In this document: piece after piece, positions 1-12,644 of the stretch
Numbering within the stretch: position 1 is the stretch's first letter
Layout of the letters: each line of letters opens with the position of its first letter
Translations under genes and position numbers: made by a program
Source of the DNA: Macrostomum hystrix
Taxonomy: Eukaryota > Animalia > Platyhelminthes
Length of the DNA: 64,000 nt
NCBI GenBank assembly: GCA_950097015.1
Contig: CATNEN010000033.1
Location: 4,278,001-4,342,000 of the forward strand
Direction: 5' to 3'
The notes under the pieces: model-generated
The model's input: the letters and a program-made list of their open reading frames with translations, nothing else
Told to the model about the DNA's origin: nothing
Database searches by the model: none

Positions 1-330
1 GTGGACAGAGAGTTCTTCCAAGCTCCACACGCTACTCGGCAGCCAGGTCACGTCCACATAGAGGCACAGAGAAACCAGCGCCTCTGTATTCACTTTGTCG
101 GCAAGAGCGCCAAACGCAGTGTAAATGTGTTCGGCTGGGAGGAAGATGAGGGCCATCAGCTGCTTGCAGAACAGTCACATGCCCTTATCCACAGCATATG
201 ACGTAGCAAGGCCGAGCTCTTGAACTTTTTGAAAGATGCTCTGTGCGAAGTGGAAAGAGCAGCCCTGCAGCTCAGCCCTCAGGCAGGTATGATGCAGAGC
301 CTCCCACATTGCAGCCTCAAAGTCCTTTTG
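1..330 (-). pseudogene. Mutator/MULE-like transposase fragment with an in-frame stop; runs off the left edge of the window
   Basis: Minus strand reads DFEAAMWEAL..LQGCSFHFAQSIFQKVQELGLATSY, then TGA (175-177), then LFCKQLMALIFLPAEHI..LYVDVTWL..VWS in the same frame. These resemble the MULE DFE, GCxFHxxQ and LMALxFLP motifs. Confidence 0.75.
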
Positions 331-1532
331 ACAGACAAGACAGAAATCAGACATTTCAATTATCCAGGCACGCAAATGTGGTGTGCAATGGCAATGAGTT
401 GCATACACTATATATATGTGGTTCAAAGTGAAAAGATTTTTTTGCGCAATATTTTGTCGTTTGATTGATTGTTTTACTGATTTAGGCTGTTCTAAGAATC
501 TAAGTCTCGTTAAACTTGAGTTTCCAGCAGACGAAAAGTTTAACGCAAAATAGTTTGTTCGTCTGCCCAGCAGACAAACTGGCGGCAGACGAAAAGAGTG
601 GCACCCGGTTTATGTTAAATAAACTGCTAAGTTTATTGCTTCTCTCAAGCCATAGAGGGTTGATTCAGCCAACTTTTAAGTTAGTGGTTAATACTGTGGT
701 AGTGTTTCTACTTGCTAAGTCCTTGATCTTAGCAGTTTAATTCTCAATCTGCTTGAGTGGTTTATTATAAGGCACTGAGTCCTGGTTTTTTAAACTCTAG
801 TCTTGCTGGGCTTCTAATGACTAAGGATCATGGCTAAATAACTAACTCTTGAACTAACTATCTACATATAGTTCAATGCTTCAATAATCTCTTATACACA
901 TGATTATGAAGTGAGACATGGCTGACAGGGGTCAGACAAGGTTGGTTTCTCCCTTCAAAATTCTTGTCCATTTAAAGTAGTTTGCTGATTCAAGTTAAAA
1001 AGAAATATTACTAATAACAAATAATAACAATGTTTTGACAAGGAGGCCTATTGCAAAAGCTTCAATGTAAGGTATAGTAAATATAACTAGATAATATTTT
1101 AAGGAGTATAAAACTAAAATTGTACAAAAGTAGATTTGGTGCCAATTAAAATAAAAATATTTTTTATGTGGGAAACCAAAAAATTGCCCCCAATTTAATT
1201 ATGTTATTTTTTATATTAGCACCCTTCCAAAATAAATGTTAAAAACCTATGGATGCATGTAAGAACTGAGAAATGTGCTCTCTTGCCTAGAACCTAGGAC
1301 AAAATATTTCATAATACAGCTATAAGCTGAAACTAAATTAAATGTTCCCCTTTGCTTTGCTTTTTGTTACCCAATTTCCTTTCTTTGGCAATTTTTTAAT
1401 AATAGACTTGACTATAGGTTTAAATTGTTAAAAAAGTATAGCTTACTATTGCTCCCAATTCCGTTTGTGTAGTTTAAAGCTGACTAAAAAAACCGCATAA
1501 TTGTTGGTTGCAGCTTCATTGAATCTGACATA

Positions 1533-2018
1533 ATGCCCCGAAAGCGTTCTGCCACAGCTGCTGCTGCTGCTGATGCCACTGACTCAGCTGACGCTGCACC
1601 TGCTCAGCGTCGCTCTGGCCGCTTGGCCTCCCGTCCGGCAGCGCCACCGCCAGCCGCCCCCGCTCCATCCCCAGCCAAGAAGAAGACTCCCGCGAAGCAG
1701 CGGCCGCCAGCCGCTAAAGCTTCAGCTGCTAAGGCTGGTGGCAAGGGCAAGATTAAAACTGCCGATACACCTGCCGCTGGCGAAGACTTTGAAGTGGTGA
1801 ATGGAGCCGATTTGCCTCCGCCCGACTCGGCCGAGGTGAAGGCCGCGGTTGCTGCCCAGGGCGCTGATGGCGAGCTGCTTGTCGACTTTGTTCAGGTGGC
1901 CAAGTCGGACCTGCCCTCCGCCGACTCGGCTGAAGTAGCCGCAGCTGCGGCCTCCGCTGACGCCGCCGCTGTTGTCAAAAATGGTTCCGGTGACACGGAG
2001 CCGCAAGCGAAGAATTAA
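1533..2018 (+). CDS. 161-aa Ala/Pro/Lys-rich protein with basic N-terminus and acidic C-terminus; HMGN-like putative chromatin protein
   Basis: GC-rich single-exon ORF in AT-rich flanks, with a 3' splice acceptor (GTTGCAG 1507-1513) 20 nt upstream of the ATG. Reads MPRKR...AQRRSGRLASRPAAPPP..PAKKK, then an internally repeated acidic motif DLPxxDSAEV. Confidence 0.75.
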   Translation: MPRKRSATAAAAADATDSADAAPAQRRSGRLASRPAAPPPAAPAPSPAKKKTPAKQRPPAAKASAAKAGGKGKIKTADTPAAGEDFEVVNGADLPPPDSAEVKAAVAAQGADGELLVDFVQVAKSDLPSADSAEVAAAAASADAAAVVKNGSGDTEPQAKN

Positions 2019-2842
2019 TTTGATTCTGTGAAAGCAAGGCTGCTTCTCGGTTATTTCAGTTTGCGGTTTCTTGTCTTAACAATAATTTCCGTCTAATTCA
2101 ATTGCTTAGATCAATGGACAGTCGTTTATCTATAAGTGACAACCTTCATGTACTTTAGCAATCTGGCACTTTGTTTCGGTTTGCGTTTAGTTGCAGCTAG
2201 CTTGTCATTTCAATATTGTGTTTCTGCATTAAATGTTGTCATTTTTGTTGCTATATAAAAATAACTCTCCATCCCAACAGACGTTTCTAAAAAAATGTAG
2301 GTTTTCTCATTTTTGTTTTTAATTGTTTTTAGTCCTGTTTTTTAGGTTGATCGTTTTCAAGCAAGAAATTGATTTAATGCGGATTGTAAGCTCTTTGTAA
2401 GATTGTAAGACTGTAAGGTATCGCGCAATCACCATAGTTACCAACAAAGCTGGCCGAGCTATTTCACCTGATGAACCAACACTGACTGCGCGATGGCGAA
2501 CGCTGCACTCCGAGTGGTGCGGTCTGTTCCGTCTAGTATTTTCTCTCACTACTAACAGTAGGTTGTCTTGTTAGTTTTTACCGAATAATTGTCTAGACGT
2601 TTTTTACGGCAATCATTAATTGCTGTTTATTTAGCTGTTTAATCTGTAATATTTGTTAAACTATATAATTGTTATTCCGTCAAACAAAGGAGCGAAAGAA
2701 GCAAATAAACGGTAGCCGTTCATGTCGTGCATGTGAATTCTCTGTATTAATAAGCATAGTTGTTGTGCTAAAGTGATTACACAAACAAGGAACGATGAAC
2801 AAGTCAATAAACGTCTTGATTCAGTTTCTATCGGTGAGCAAA

Positions 2843-3192
2843 GGTGGTCGGTGGCAGATCAGAGCGGTTGACGCGTTTGCCTGTCCCACCAATTGCTCGA
2901 TTCGCGGCAAGGCCGAGCAGTTGGGGCGCAGCATCGGAGAGAAGTCTTGGGGCTTGTTTATGCAATTGAGGGCCAACCTGTACAGTGAAATGTACACTGC
3001 TGACGATAAAAAAATTGAGTGAAGATGTACAAACCTGTGTGAGCATATGCTTGCGTAGTGCGTACAGTATCTGAGTGCCTGTGTTTTCAGGAGTCAGCGA
3101 AATGGGCTGCATTGCCTCCTCGCTAGTTACGGGTCTAGTGTAACCAAATGTGTCATTGCCCACAGCCCTCCTGCAATTATTCATTTTATTAT
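2843..3192 (+). mobile_element. tRNA-derived SINE, copy A
   Basis: Shares GGTCGGTGGC, a B-box-like GCTCGATTC, TTGAGGGCCAACCT, GATGTACA.ACCTGTGTGAGCATATG, TCTAGTGT.ACCAAATG and a CTGCAATTATT tail with 37961-38241. Confidence 0.75.
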
Positions 3193-3779
3193 CGGGGAGA
3201 AATTTTCAAAACGAAATACTTTTTGTGTCCAACCAGCGCGTTTGAACCCCCTTCCTGACCTTGAAGAGGAGTTATATTTTTTGTGTGCAGCAGTTTTCGA
3301 GGGTTGAAATCTTAGAGAGGATCTTAAAACGACGCAATCATTACTTCTAGAATGGGTAGTTATTCTATAGTCCCCAAAAGCGCTCGCTACAAACTCTTCT
3401 ACGGATCGCAAAGCCTTTGCCGAGTAAAAATTAATGCTTTTTAAATAGAGCTCAGTTGTAATTTCCTCTTCTATAGAATCCATTATTTTTCAACAAATAA
3501 GAAATTTTCAATTTTTTTCAGCTTTAAAATGGTGAGAGCTTTTGATTGGAGGCAGATGCAAAGCTGTTATTTTTATATAACCATATCTAATCCTAGTGTG
3601 CCTTGCTTTTCTCATAAACTGAAACTTCTAGCTGGACTAGTAGAAGTACGACTCGTAGAATTGTGAAGAAAAAAAGTAATTTTAGTAAACTTTTTTGTTA
3701 GAGGGCGACCAAGATAATGAACTAAGAACACTGAATATGAAAACTAGCGCGAAAGAGAACGATTCTCGGAGTTTAAAGT

Positions 3780-4640
3780 TTAAACAAGATATGAAGCCCG
3801 GATCATGGGATGAACGTCTTTATTAAAACCAAGGACCACTAGAAGAAGAAGCTCTTCTTCCAGTGGTCCTTGATTAAACCATCTTGTACAGCTTAAACAG
3901 CCTAGAGCTAATTCTTGTAAGTCCTTGATACAAATGTAAAAAATCAATAAATATAATGCTCTAAGCAAATTTTTGTGGAATCTAATAGTTGTAATAAGAA
4001 AACTAAATATAGACTTTAATTTGCTTTACTACTTTAACTAAAGGCACTCGTTTTTAATAATGTATTTTCTAGAATTTTGCTGCTATTTGGTAAATTCTAT
4101 CTTTAAAGCATGTAAGAAGTTCAATGCTCACATCACTGTCTTATTCTAAGACTTTATAAGAATATACTTATTTAAAAAAACTTTTTTCGTCTAATTTAAA
4201 TAGCTGTTGCTTCATTCCAATTTCAATAGGTTGATAAGCCTTGTTAGCCTTTGACTCCTACGAGGAACTTCCTAAGCCAAATCATAGCAGAGGCTACAGT
4301 TTCTTATTTTCAAAACTCTTGCCTGCAAGCTACAATTTAGTAGTTATGCAAATCTAGCCTAGATACAGCTAGCAGGCTACTATAGGCAGGCCTTATAGGC
4401 CTAGTAGTTTGTTTTGTAACTTTAATCGAACGGAAATACTGCACCAGTACTGCACATCGGTTGCTCGTCACTACAGCGCCCTTACTAGCAGCAATGCAAT
4501 AAATAAATCTTATTACTTTTAGCACTCTTTTCATTTTTAAATGAATTCTATTTATAATATAATGCTGATGAATTATTATTTCAGTATTTAAAAGAGGAAA
4601 ACCCATAGCCAATAGGGGTAGGCTACAGATAAAATTGTCA
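3780..4640 (-). pseudogene. Highly decayed Penelope-like retroelement reverse-transcriptase fragment
   Basis: In order on the minus strand: LAMGFPLL (cf. AMGSPLS), VQYFRSIK (cf. YFRYVDD), QEFENKKL*PLL (cf. E.E.N.KLPFLD), and LRALY..CI / LEEELLLL..F.K.VHPMI (cf. RA..IC..L.EEL..L...F..NGYP). Multiple stops and frameshifts. Confidence 0.4.
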
Positions 4641-4909
4641 TATTCTAAGACGCCATATGATGATGACGATTTGCACAAAAGTATCACAATATTTAATTTA
4701 ATATGACGATATGACTATTTGTTCATTGCTCATTTTAATTACGAATGCAATTTGATGATGCATAATTTGAACAATTAATGTCACACTGAAGGCCATGTTG
4801 CTTGGGTTGCACATCTCTGTGACAAACAATGCATGGATACATATGTCTTTAACATAACACTTTACTGATGTTGCTGTACACAACATTGTTTAAATGACCT
4901 CATTTCAGG

Positions 4910-5026
4910 CACTGTTTAAATGACCTCATTTCAGGCTTGGACTATGCGAGGTCATTTAAACAGTGTGGTAAATTCCGCATAGTCTACCACATAGTCCGAG
5001 CCTGAAATGAGGTTATTTAAACAGTG
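4910..5026. repeat. Nested inverted repeat: 37-bp arms with 2 mismatches, plus internal partial copies
   Basis: CACTGTTTAAATGACCTCATTTCAGGCTTGGACTATG (4910-4946) versus CATAGTCCGAGCCTGAAATGAGGTTATTTAAACAGTG (4990-5026). An extra inverted half-arm is at 4948-4965 and a direct copy at 4887-4909. Confidence 0.85.
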
Positions 5027-7077
5027 CGGTAAATTCCTCATAGGGCCTAGTCTACGGCATAATTAGCTTTGTTAAACAGTGCAGTTTTTTAACATGTTAT
5101 AAACAGTGTAGTAAAATGTCGCTAACATTTTCAATTCAAGTCAAACAATGACTTGGCTCTAAGAGCTGTGTTTCTGTTTATAAAACTCACAGTGTGCTCA
5201 ACTTGAACTGTAGTATCTATGTACTTGTGCATGTATACATCATGCAAATAATTGACATTGCTATGGAATGACGATGCAAGCCTTTGCTAAATTATTTTTT
5301 TCTACATTATTTTTTGTAGAGCCAAGTGAGACAAGGCCAAAAATGTATGCTTTGCTTCACTTATGCTTTCAACAAAGCAGTTTGCAGAGCCAATAAAATA
5401 ACAATATGACGATTTTGTGAATGTCACATTGTCCAATGCAACAATATGACCATTTAGATAATGTTGTTATGTTTTTTACAACCCACTTATGACGATTTAG
5501 AATGACAATTTCAGCTGGAGCCACCTATAGGCCTAGTAAAAGGTGTATTATACTTAGTCTTCAATGAAGTCATGTTGATCAATTAAGTTTAAATAAAAAG
5601 TAATGACTAAACTTTGTCTATGAATTGCATCAATAGCATTTTATTTTTATCAACTGTTGTGATTATAGTTATTTATATTTATATGTGCTAGCATACAACT
5701 TTCCACTTAGAAGACATCAAACCCAAATGGATGTTGATTAAATCAAACAATTGTTAGTAATTGGTTAAAGACAAATTGCTTGTTTATAAAAATAAAATTA
5801 GGGCATACATTTCGTTTGGTTCATTATTCTTTATTTTTTAATTTTTAACTTGTGCACATGGAATGGTTCCTAGACACTTTTCCTCATCTTACACATTTGT
5901 CATCAACTTTTCAGATAGGACACTTTGTTATCCAGCCAAATGGTGAATCTTGACAAGTTAGATTAGATTGTCAACTATCAGTAGAAACTACAGTGTTGAT
6001 TTGAACTATAGTTGCTGATGTGTACAGTATACAGAAAACTGAGGTCAAACTGTGAGTATTCTAGTTCTAGGCAATCACAGATGTTTAAATTCATATATTT
6101 AAATTAAATTAATTTAAATTCATACCATAAAAATAAAAGTGATTGTTATAATGACATACAGTTAATTAGTATGCTTATAGACAGACTGGGGAAATCTAAG
6201 TTATCTAAGCAATGAAGTAAATAACAAAGAAAACTACTAGGCTACTGATTATTAAGATACATGGTCAATTTGAAACTCAAATTTCAAAATTCGAAATTTG
6301 CGCAAAGCAAAGACATCAATTAAACAACAATTGCTAGCATTGGTTGGACTTGCACCCTGCCTTAAATCATAGAGATGAGAAAGTGTCTACCAGTCTTGGT
6401 CACTATGTCATCTACCCTCTTAGGCCCTGGACACTTTTTCATGCAGATGATAAATAAGCAAATAAGTAAGTTCCAGGAACCATATGGAATATGTATGAAT
6501 TTAAATTTTTGTGAATTATGATGCAGCAAGGGTCATAAAATGCTGATGTGGCTTGTGGTCTATAGGTGGTCTTTGGGCCTGTGGACATGGGTATCTATGG
6601 TCAAAATAATAAAATGTAGTACTGATTTGGTACCAAATTTTTCTTTGGTAACAAAAATACTACTAGGGAGCATACCACAATGGAACATCAGTCTTAGGCA
6701 TCATTGAGCATGGCACCAACAACTGTGTCATGCTGCCCATTGCAAGCTGCTCTACTGCTGTCATGTTGCTATTGATCCAGCAGAGGGTCCTGCCTGGTAC
6801 TTGTGTCATCAATGATGGCTGGCAAGCCTGCCAGGCCCTACCAAACCAATGTAGTTGTTAACCACAGGCTTGCCTTTGTCAACCTACAAGCCCTATTGGA
6901 GCCAATAAGGGTTTTTGCAGACAGCATCCGGCGCACTTGTGAAAAATTGCCTGTGCGGCTGCACAGAAAGAAATTCCTGTCCGCACAGCCGCGCCTTGTG
7001 TGTGTAAAGTTGTCGTAAGTATGTAGATGTATAACAAACAGTTCCGCAGTGCCTAAGTGCGAAAAGACAACCTAAGC

Positions 7078-7205
7078 TGTTCTAATTATAGAAATACACT
7101 GCGGAGATAAAAAAAGGTCATTTGGTATATGCGTCCGTATTATTGCGAAATCACCACATACCTGTTCTATTTTTAGAAATACACTACGGAGATCAAAAAA
7201 AGGTC
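7078..7205. repeat. Imperfect ~40-bp direct repeat, two copies about 85 bp apart
   Basis: CTGTTCTA..TAGAAATACACT(G/A)CGGAGAT(A/C)AAAAAAGGTC at ~7077-7119 and ~7162-7205. Confidence 0.7.
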
Positions 7206-8772
7206 TTTGACATTTTTTCGTGAAATCAATTACTACATTGAGTCAGACTGAAGATATACAGCAGTTGCGGATTTGAGCTCTTTTTCTTGAAACCAACTGC
7301 ACACCTGCACGCCTAGCAGCTTTTTTAAATTTGCTCCATTAGGGCCCACAAGATCCAAGTGTTCAAACTTGATAGAGGGCACCTAGGCCCATGCCAAGCA
7401 CAAGTTCTGCCAAATGTTTGGGACCTCGCTGGAATTATTTCAAGCTCATTTGGATAAGTTTCTGTGGTGCCGGCACTTTCCATGGCCACATTATAGATGG
7501 TTTCTGTGCTGCATAGTTGAGCAGTACCCATAAGTCTACCAAAGCCCACTGACTCTGTTTTAGCAGACTGCATCATTTTTTCTCTGTTTTTTATTGTTAA
7601 TACATTGTTTAAAGTTCAAAAATGGGTCAAAGTAATTTAATGAATGAAAGGGAACATATGCTGAAATAAGTTAGGCATAAGCAACAAAATATCATGAGAT
7701 CTTATTAATTTATTCATATATGTTTTTATTTGTAATATATTTCAGGCATTACTTCAGTACTTCAGTCACTTCAGATTAGAAGTAAAATACATTATGCAAA
7801 AACTAAAATATGTTTTTGGGAACCATCATTTTCGTGGTTGTTCGGCATTTTGGTGCCCAGTCTTGCTATTAAATACTGCCTGCCAATGCTTTTACGTGGT
7901 TGCTGTCCTGTTATTCAGCTTTTTTGGACTGAGTAAAACAACTAAATGTACAGTTATAAAACATTAACAATAAATGCAAGGGGGAGTGATTGGACTATGT
8001 CTTATATCAGGGCAAACAAACTGTTTTGATGCAACTAAACAATTCTGTATACTTGTATCCATGTTGCTTGTACTCGTCACATATTTGTGAATTTCTGTTG
8101 CTAAAACCTTGGTCAACCTGTGAACTGAAATGCATCAAACAAAAACAAAGTAAATATTAAATATTAAAACAAAGTTAAATATCAATAGGTTATTCTATAA
8201 TTTTAACTCGTATTTTCTTATACTAAAATTCAGCATAACTTAGCCATGTTCCTGAGATGGCACTGAACCATTAAACAGTTCTGCACCAGTGTGCAAAGGC
8301 CAGTGTGCTTTACTATGTTCCAGGTTCCTACATATAATATTGATATACTTTAAAAAAGATCTGATTATCAAAACCCCTAGACCACTTTTATTTTTACTAT
8401 AAATGTGTTAAAGATTCCTTGTTCTTTATCTAATTTAATTGTAGCATGCTAGTGCTGCTGTTAATTTAGCCAATGTTATGTTAAAACAAATTTATGTTGG
8501 TCGTGCAGATAACTGAATATTTTATTTACATAATTTTAATTCTCATTTTACATTCGTAAACATTTATGTTGTATTTGTGGCTATTTTAAGTCTTATGAAG
8601 TATAAAGTCTTTGCCAATGCAAACTTCATATTAATATATTCACTTGCTGCTTGCATAAAAACAAGAACTTTTAAAAGATTTTTCTGCACATTTCAGCCGA
8701 AATTTCACAGGCAGCGCTGCTTAATTCAGAGCCTCGTCGTTTTTCCATGCGCGACAGTTCAACAGCCCATCA

Positions 8773-10913
8773 ATGACAGGATTAGGAGCGTGAGTTTTTC
8801 CTGAGCCTCTGCTCACATTCTCGTTGCCCTTGGAAAATGGAGATTCTCTAAGGAAAATAAAAATAAAGTATCAATAATTGAAACCACAAAAAATATCGTT
8901 CCTACTTTGATTTGTGTCCCGAAAGATTCCTAAACGGAAGCAATATGAAAACTCCAAGATCCCAGGACAGTAGTGACCGACTCCTTTCAAATAATTGATC
9001 CTAAATTCAATATTTAGCACACTATTACAAGTAGTCTGCAAAGCGGCATGTTGTTATATAGCTTTATGGTAATGCGCCCTCTATCTAATCTTGCGGCCTC
9101 CACGAACATTTCGCAGGCCATTCAGCAGCACGGACCAATTCGGTTGGACAACAGACAGCAGCGGTCGGGTCGACTATTCGAGCTTGATGGGACGCAACAC
9201 CAGCCCAGTTCCGACCTCCATCGGCGGCGGCGGCGTCATCGGAGCTGGAGTCATTGGCACTGGCCTCCAGTCGTCGATGATGACGTCAGCAGTTGGCAAG
9301 CAGCCGACTTCCGTCCTGTTTCCGCAGCAGCTGTCGGCACCCGGCTCATCGTCGCAGCCCGATCAGCAGCGCGGCGCCAGCAAACTGTTCGATCATTCCG
9401 CTGACTTTAGCGACGGCCTGCTATCGTCGGGCGCCGCTGTCGGCTCGCCGTCGTCGAATACGGCCTACATGCGCCAGATGAGCGCAGCCGGCAAGCTGCA
9501 GAGCTCCGGCGGCAGCGGCATCATCGGCGGCGTCGGCAGCCGATTGACCGGGTCCGGCGTTCCTCCCGGAACTGGACTCGGTTTAAGCGGCGGCGCCATG
9601 TCGGCCCGCGCAATTCCCAACCTGATGGTGCAGCAACCCGTCAGGCAAAAGAGCCTGCAGGATCCGTCCGAGTTTCCAACACTCGGCCGGCCAGCTTCTG
9701 CGGGCGTCTCCGGTCGAATTAATTTCGTATCAGCTGCCAGCAAGGCGCCGGAGGAGTTCAGCATTCAACAGGAGGATTTCCCGGCCCTGCCTGGCACGCA
9801 GCCGGCTGCCTCAGCTGCGCCTGGCGCCGTCTCTTCCACGGCGAGCCTCGCCGCTTCGATGCCGACTTCTTCCGCAGCCGCTGTTTCCGGGGCGGGCGGC
9901 ATCGGCGTGCCAGACGGTGGCGCGGCAGGCATCGGCGGCTCCCTGTCCGGGTCGGCGCTGGACGCGATGGCGCCCGTGGGCCGCAGCACAGTTGTGTACC
10001 ATCCGAATGGCTCAGTAACTGGGGTCCCGGCTAGCATGGTGCGGGACCAGTTCGGCATGATCGGCCTGCTGTCGCTGATTCGGGTTGGCGAAGAGAACCC
10101 TAACTTTGTTATCATCGCGCCGGGAATCGATCTTAATGCGCTCGGCCTGCCGCTGAACAATACTACGTACGTATGTGGCCGTGCTTGCTTTTGCCTGGCC
10201 CAGCTGTGCATGCGCAAATTTTCACGCATTATCAGTGTACATTAAGCTGGCACATAAACTATGTACTATGTGCTTTGTATTATTCGCCTGTACAATTCCG
10301 TTTCGTACATTTCTGCTGTACGGTACACCTGATAGTGCAGTGTTCATTAGGTCCGACATTAACCCGCGCACTCCCTTCTTCTAACTCATCCAGCGACATC
10401 TTCTCCTGCCTTGGCTCGCCCTGGGCCGAGCAGTGCCTGGCCAAACCGCAGTACATCGACTACCCGGTGCCCCAGGAGTACCTAATCAGCACCCAGATCC
10501 GAGAGAAGCAGCTGCCGCTGCCGCCGCCGCCGCTAGAGCAGCTGCAGATTGAAACCCTGTTTTGGCTGTTCTACAACTGCACCTGCGACCACCTGCAGCT
10601 GAGCGCCGCCAAGGAGTTGCACAGGCGCGAGTGGCGCTGGATCAAGAGCGAGAAGCTGTGGGTCACCCGCTGCCAGCAGAATGTTGACAAGCTCACCGCT
10701 CCGCATGGCGAGAGGGGCTTCTACTTCTACTGGGACACCAAGACTTGGACTCGACAGCAGAAGTCGCTGACCATCTACTACGACCAGATTGACCAATCAC
10801 CGTGCAACTATCCGGATCATCACGTCAGCGTTGGCAGCACTCTCGGCGCCGCCGTGCCCGGAGCCGCCAGCGGACTGAGCGGCGCCGGCGGCGGAGTCGG
10901 CGGCCCGTCATAA
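8773..10913 (+). CDS. CNOT2: CCR4-NOT complex subunit 2 (NOT2/Regena); model join(8773..8789,9117..10166,10394..10913), 528 aa
   Basis: DPSEFPTLG and EEFSIQQEDFPALPG motifs, the NOT-anchor/box region VRDQFGMIGLLSLIR..GIDLNALGL, SPWA..DYPVPQEYL, LQLSAAKELHRREWRW and ERGFYFYWD. GT-AG junctions preserve frame (both introns phase 2; total 1587 nt). The first coding exon is less certain. Confidence 0.93.
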
Positions 10914-12456
10914 AGAACAAATTTCGGATCTCCCCTGCAAGTGGCTTTGCCCGCTCTACCCTCTGATCCAGCCCCCGACCCGTAGCTGCGGAAACCCAAC
11001 AGAAGCTAGTGATGAAATAAGTTTAGCGTTTAGTTTAGTTTAGCGCACTGACCAAGAAATCGCCCCCCCCGCAAATGGTCACTGTCTTAATTCATTCATT
11101 CTCTCACCAGTCTCTCAGTTGAAATGAGCTCCGCTCGCCACTGTCAGCCCAACAGAGCTCTGCCCAACCCGCCCCCTACCCCCGCCCGTGTATCCGTCAA
11201 TCGATTTTATTCGCTTATTGAATTTAATTGATTGACTGATCTGTCTGTTTGTTTGATTGATTTATATCGATCTATTGACTGATTTGATTTGGATTTTCTC
11301 TGTGCGTGTCCTGCGTCTCTTTTTGGCTCTGTTGTTCTGTTATTTTCTACTCGTAAACTTTGATTTCCTGTTTTATCAATTAATATGAAACTATATTCTG
11401 CATTAGTATATTCACACACTGTCTGCACTGGAGGAATTTAACCAAAACTGGCCTGGTCTAACTGCCCAACATTGCTGTAAGCAGCGTTATTTTTCTATCT
11501 TCTATTTATCTAATAATGTATATCTGTACCTATGACTGCTCTTTGATTTAGCTGTGCGACATGGCGACTGTAAATGTGTAACATACTATATGTAGGTACT
11601 ACGCATTGCATCACATCGCCGCCTCACACAGACTGCCTCCTCTCTCCGTCTTGTCTCTCCCCTTCTACCTGTTAATTAGTTTCTTAAGTAGCCACGAGTG
11701 TGTGAGTGTGTCTGGATGTTCTGTCGCGAGTGTTGTAAGTAACTAATAAACACACATACGTACATATAAATATAATCAGAAATAACACATAGAGAGATGG
11801 CACTGATTAATATTACTGATAATAATTTAACTATAACTAACACATCTGTTTAGTGTCCGCATACAGGTTTTTTGTCTCTTAAAATAGAGTAATGAATCGT
11901 TTGGAAATGCTTTTTAGACACAAATCAACTAAGGATTTCCCCCTCCCTGTTTCTGTCAATGTCGCCGCAGTACAATGTACCTCCCCCGTTTCATCTGCTA
12001 AGCTAAAGCCGCACTACAATGTAATTGTGTCATTTCTGTTCGGTCATAATATAGGCTAGGCAAGCCCTCTCTGAACTTTTAAATACTTTTTCATTGCCCC
12101 CGGCCTCCATTCTCTCCGTCGACTCCAGGTGTGCCCGCTGTTTTTTCTCTTTAGTTTTTTTCATACAAAGCTTAAAATTTATTGTCACTTTTTCTGCTAC
12201 CGTTGCTTATTCGTATTCGTAAGCATTTATCTAATTGTTGATTTGAGGTAAGAATAAGAACTATATATATATATCTATGTGTCCTACGAAAATAACAAAA
12301 AACTTGCATACCTACATAAAAATATATAGTGTCCTCTGGCGGTTTGAAACGTGCTTATAAAGCCTGAACTTTTTCGTCAGTCTTGCCTGCATTCGATAAG
12401 CTAAAACAAGAGCATCCCATGGTCAGGGCAAATACAACATTTTAACTCCTAGAAAG

Positions 12457-12524
12457 AGAATATCCCACTGGAGAAACTAGAATATCCCACTGGATAAACT
12501 AGAATATCCCACTGGAGAAACTAG
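12457..12524. repeat. Three tandem 22-bp repeats (AGAATATCCCACTGGAGAAACT) upstream of the GRB2-like gene
   Basis: Read directly, with one substitution in copy 2. Confidence 0.9.
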
Positions 12525-12644
12525 AAAATTCCGCTGATGTAGAGAAAATTCTGAGACGGAAATTCTCTTACGTTTCACAGCGCTGGGGACTGTGTCGGCG
12601 CTCAACTTCTCTGCTCTATAATCTCATCTCAAGCAACTAAAGCA

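Noticed and set aside
6803-7576. Short ORFs upstream of CNOT2
   Set aside because: No motif support. The GTAAGT near 7015 may be a non-coding first-exon donor, but this cannot be shown from sequence alone.
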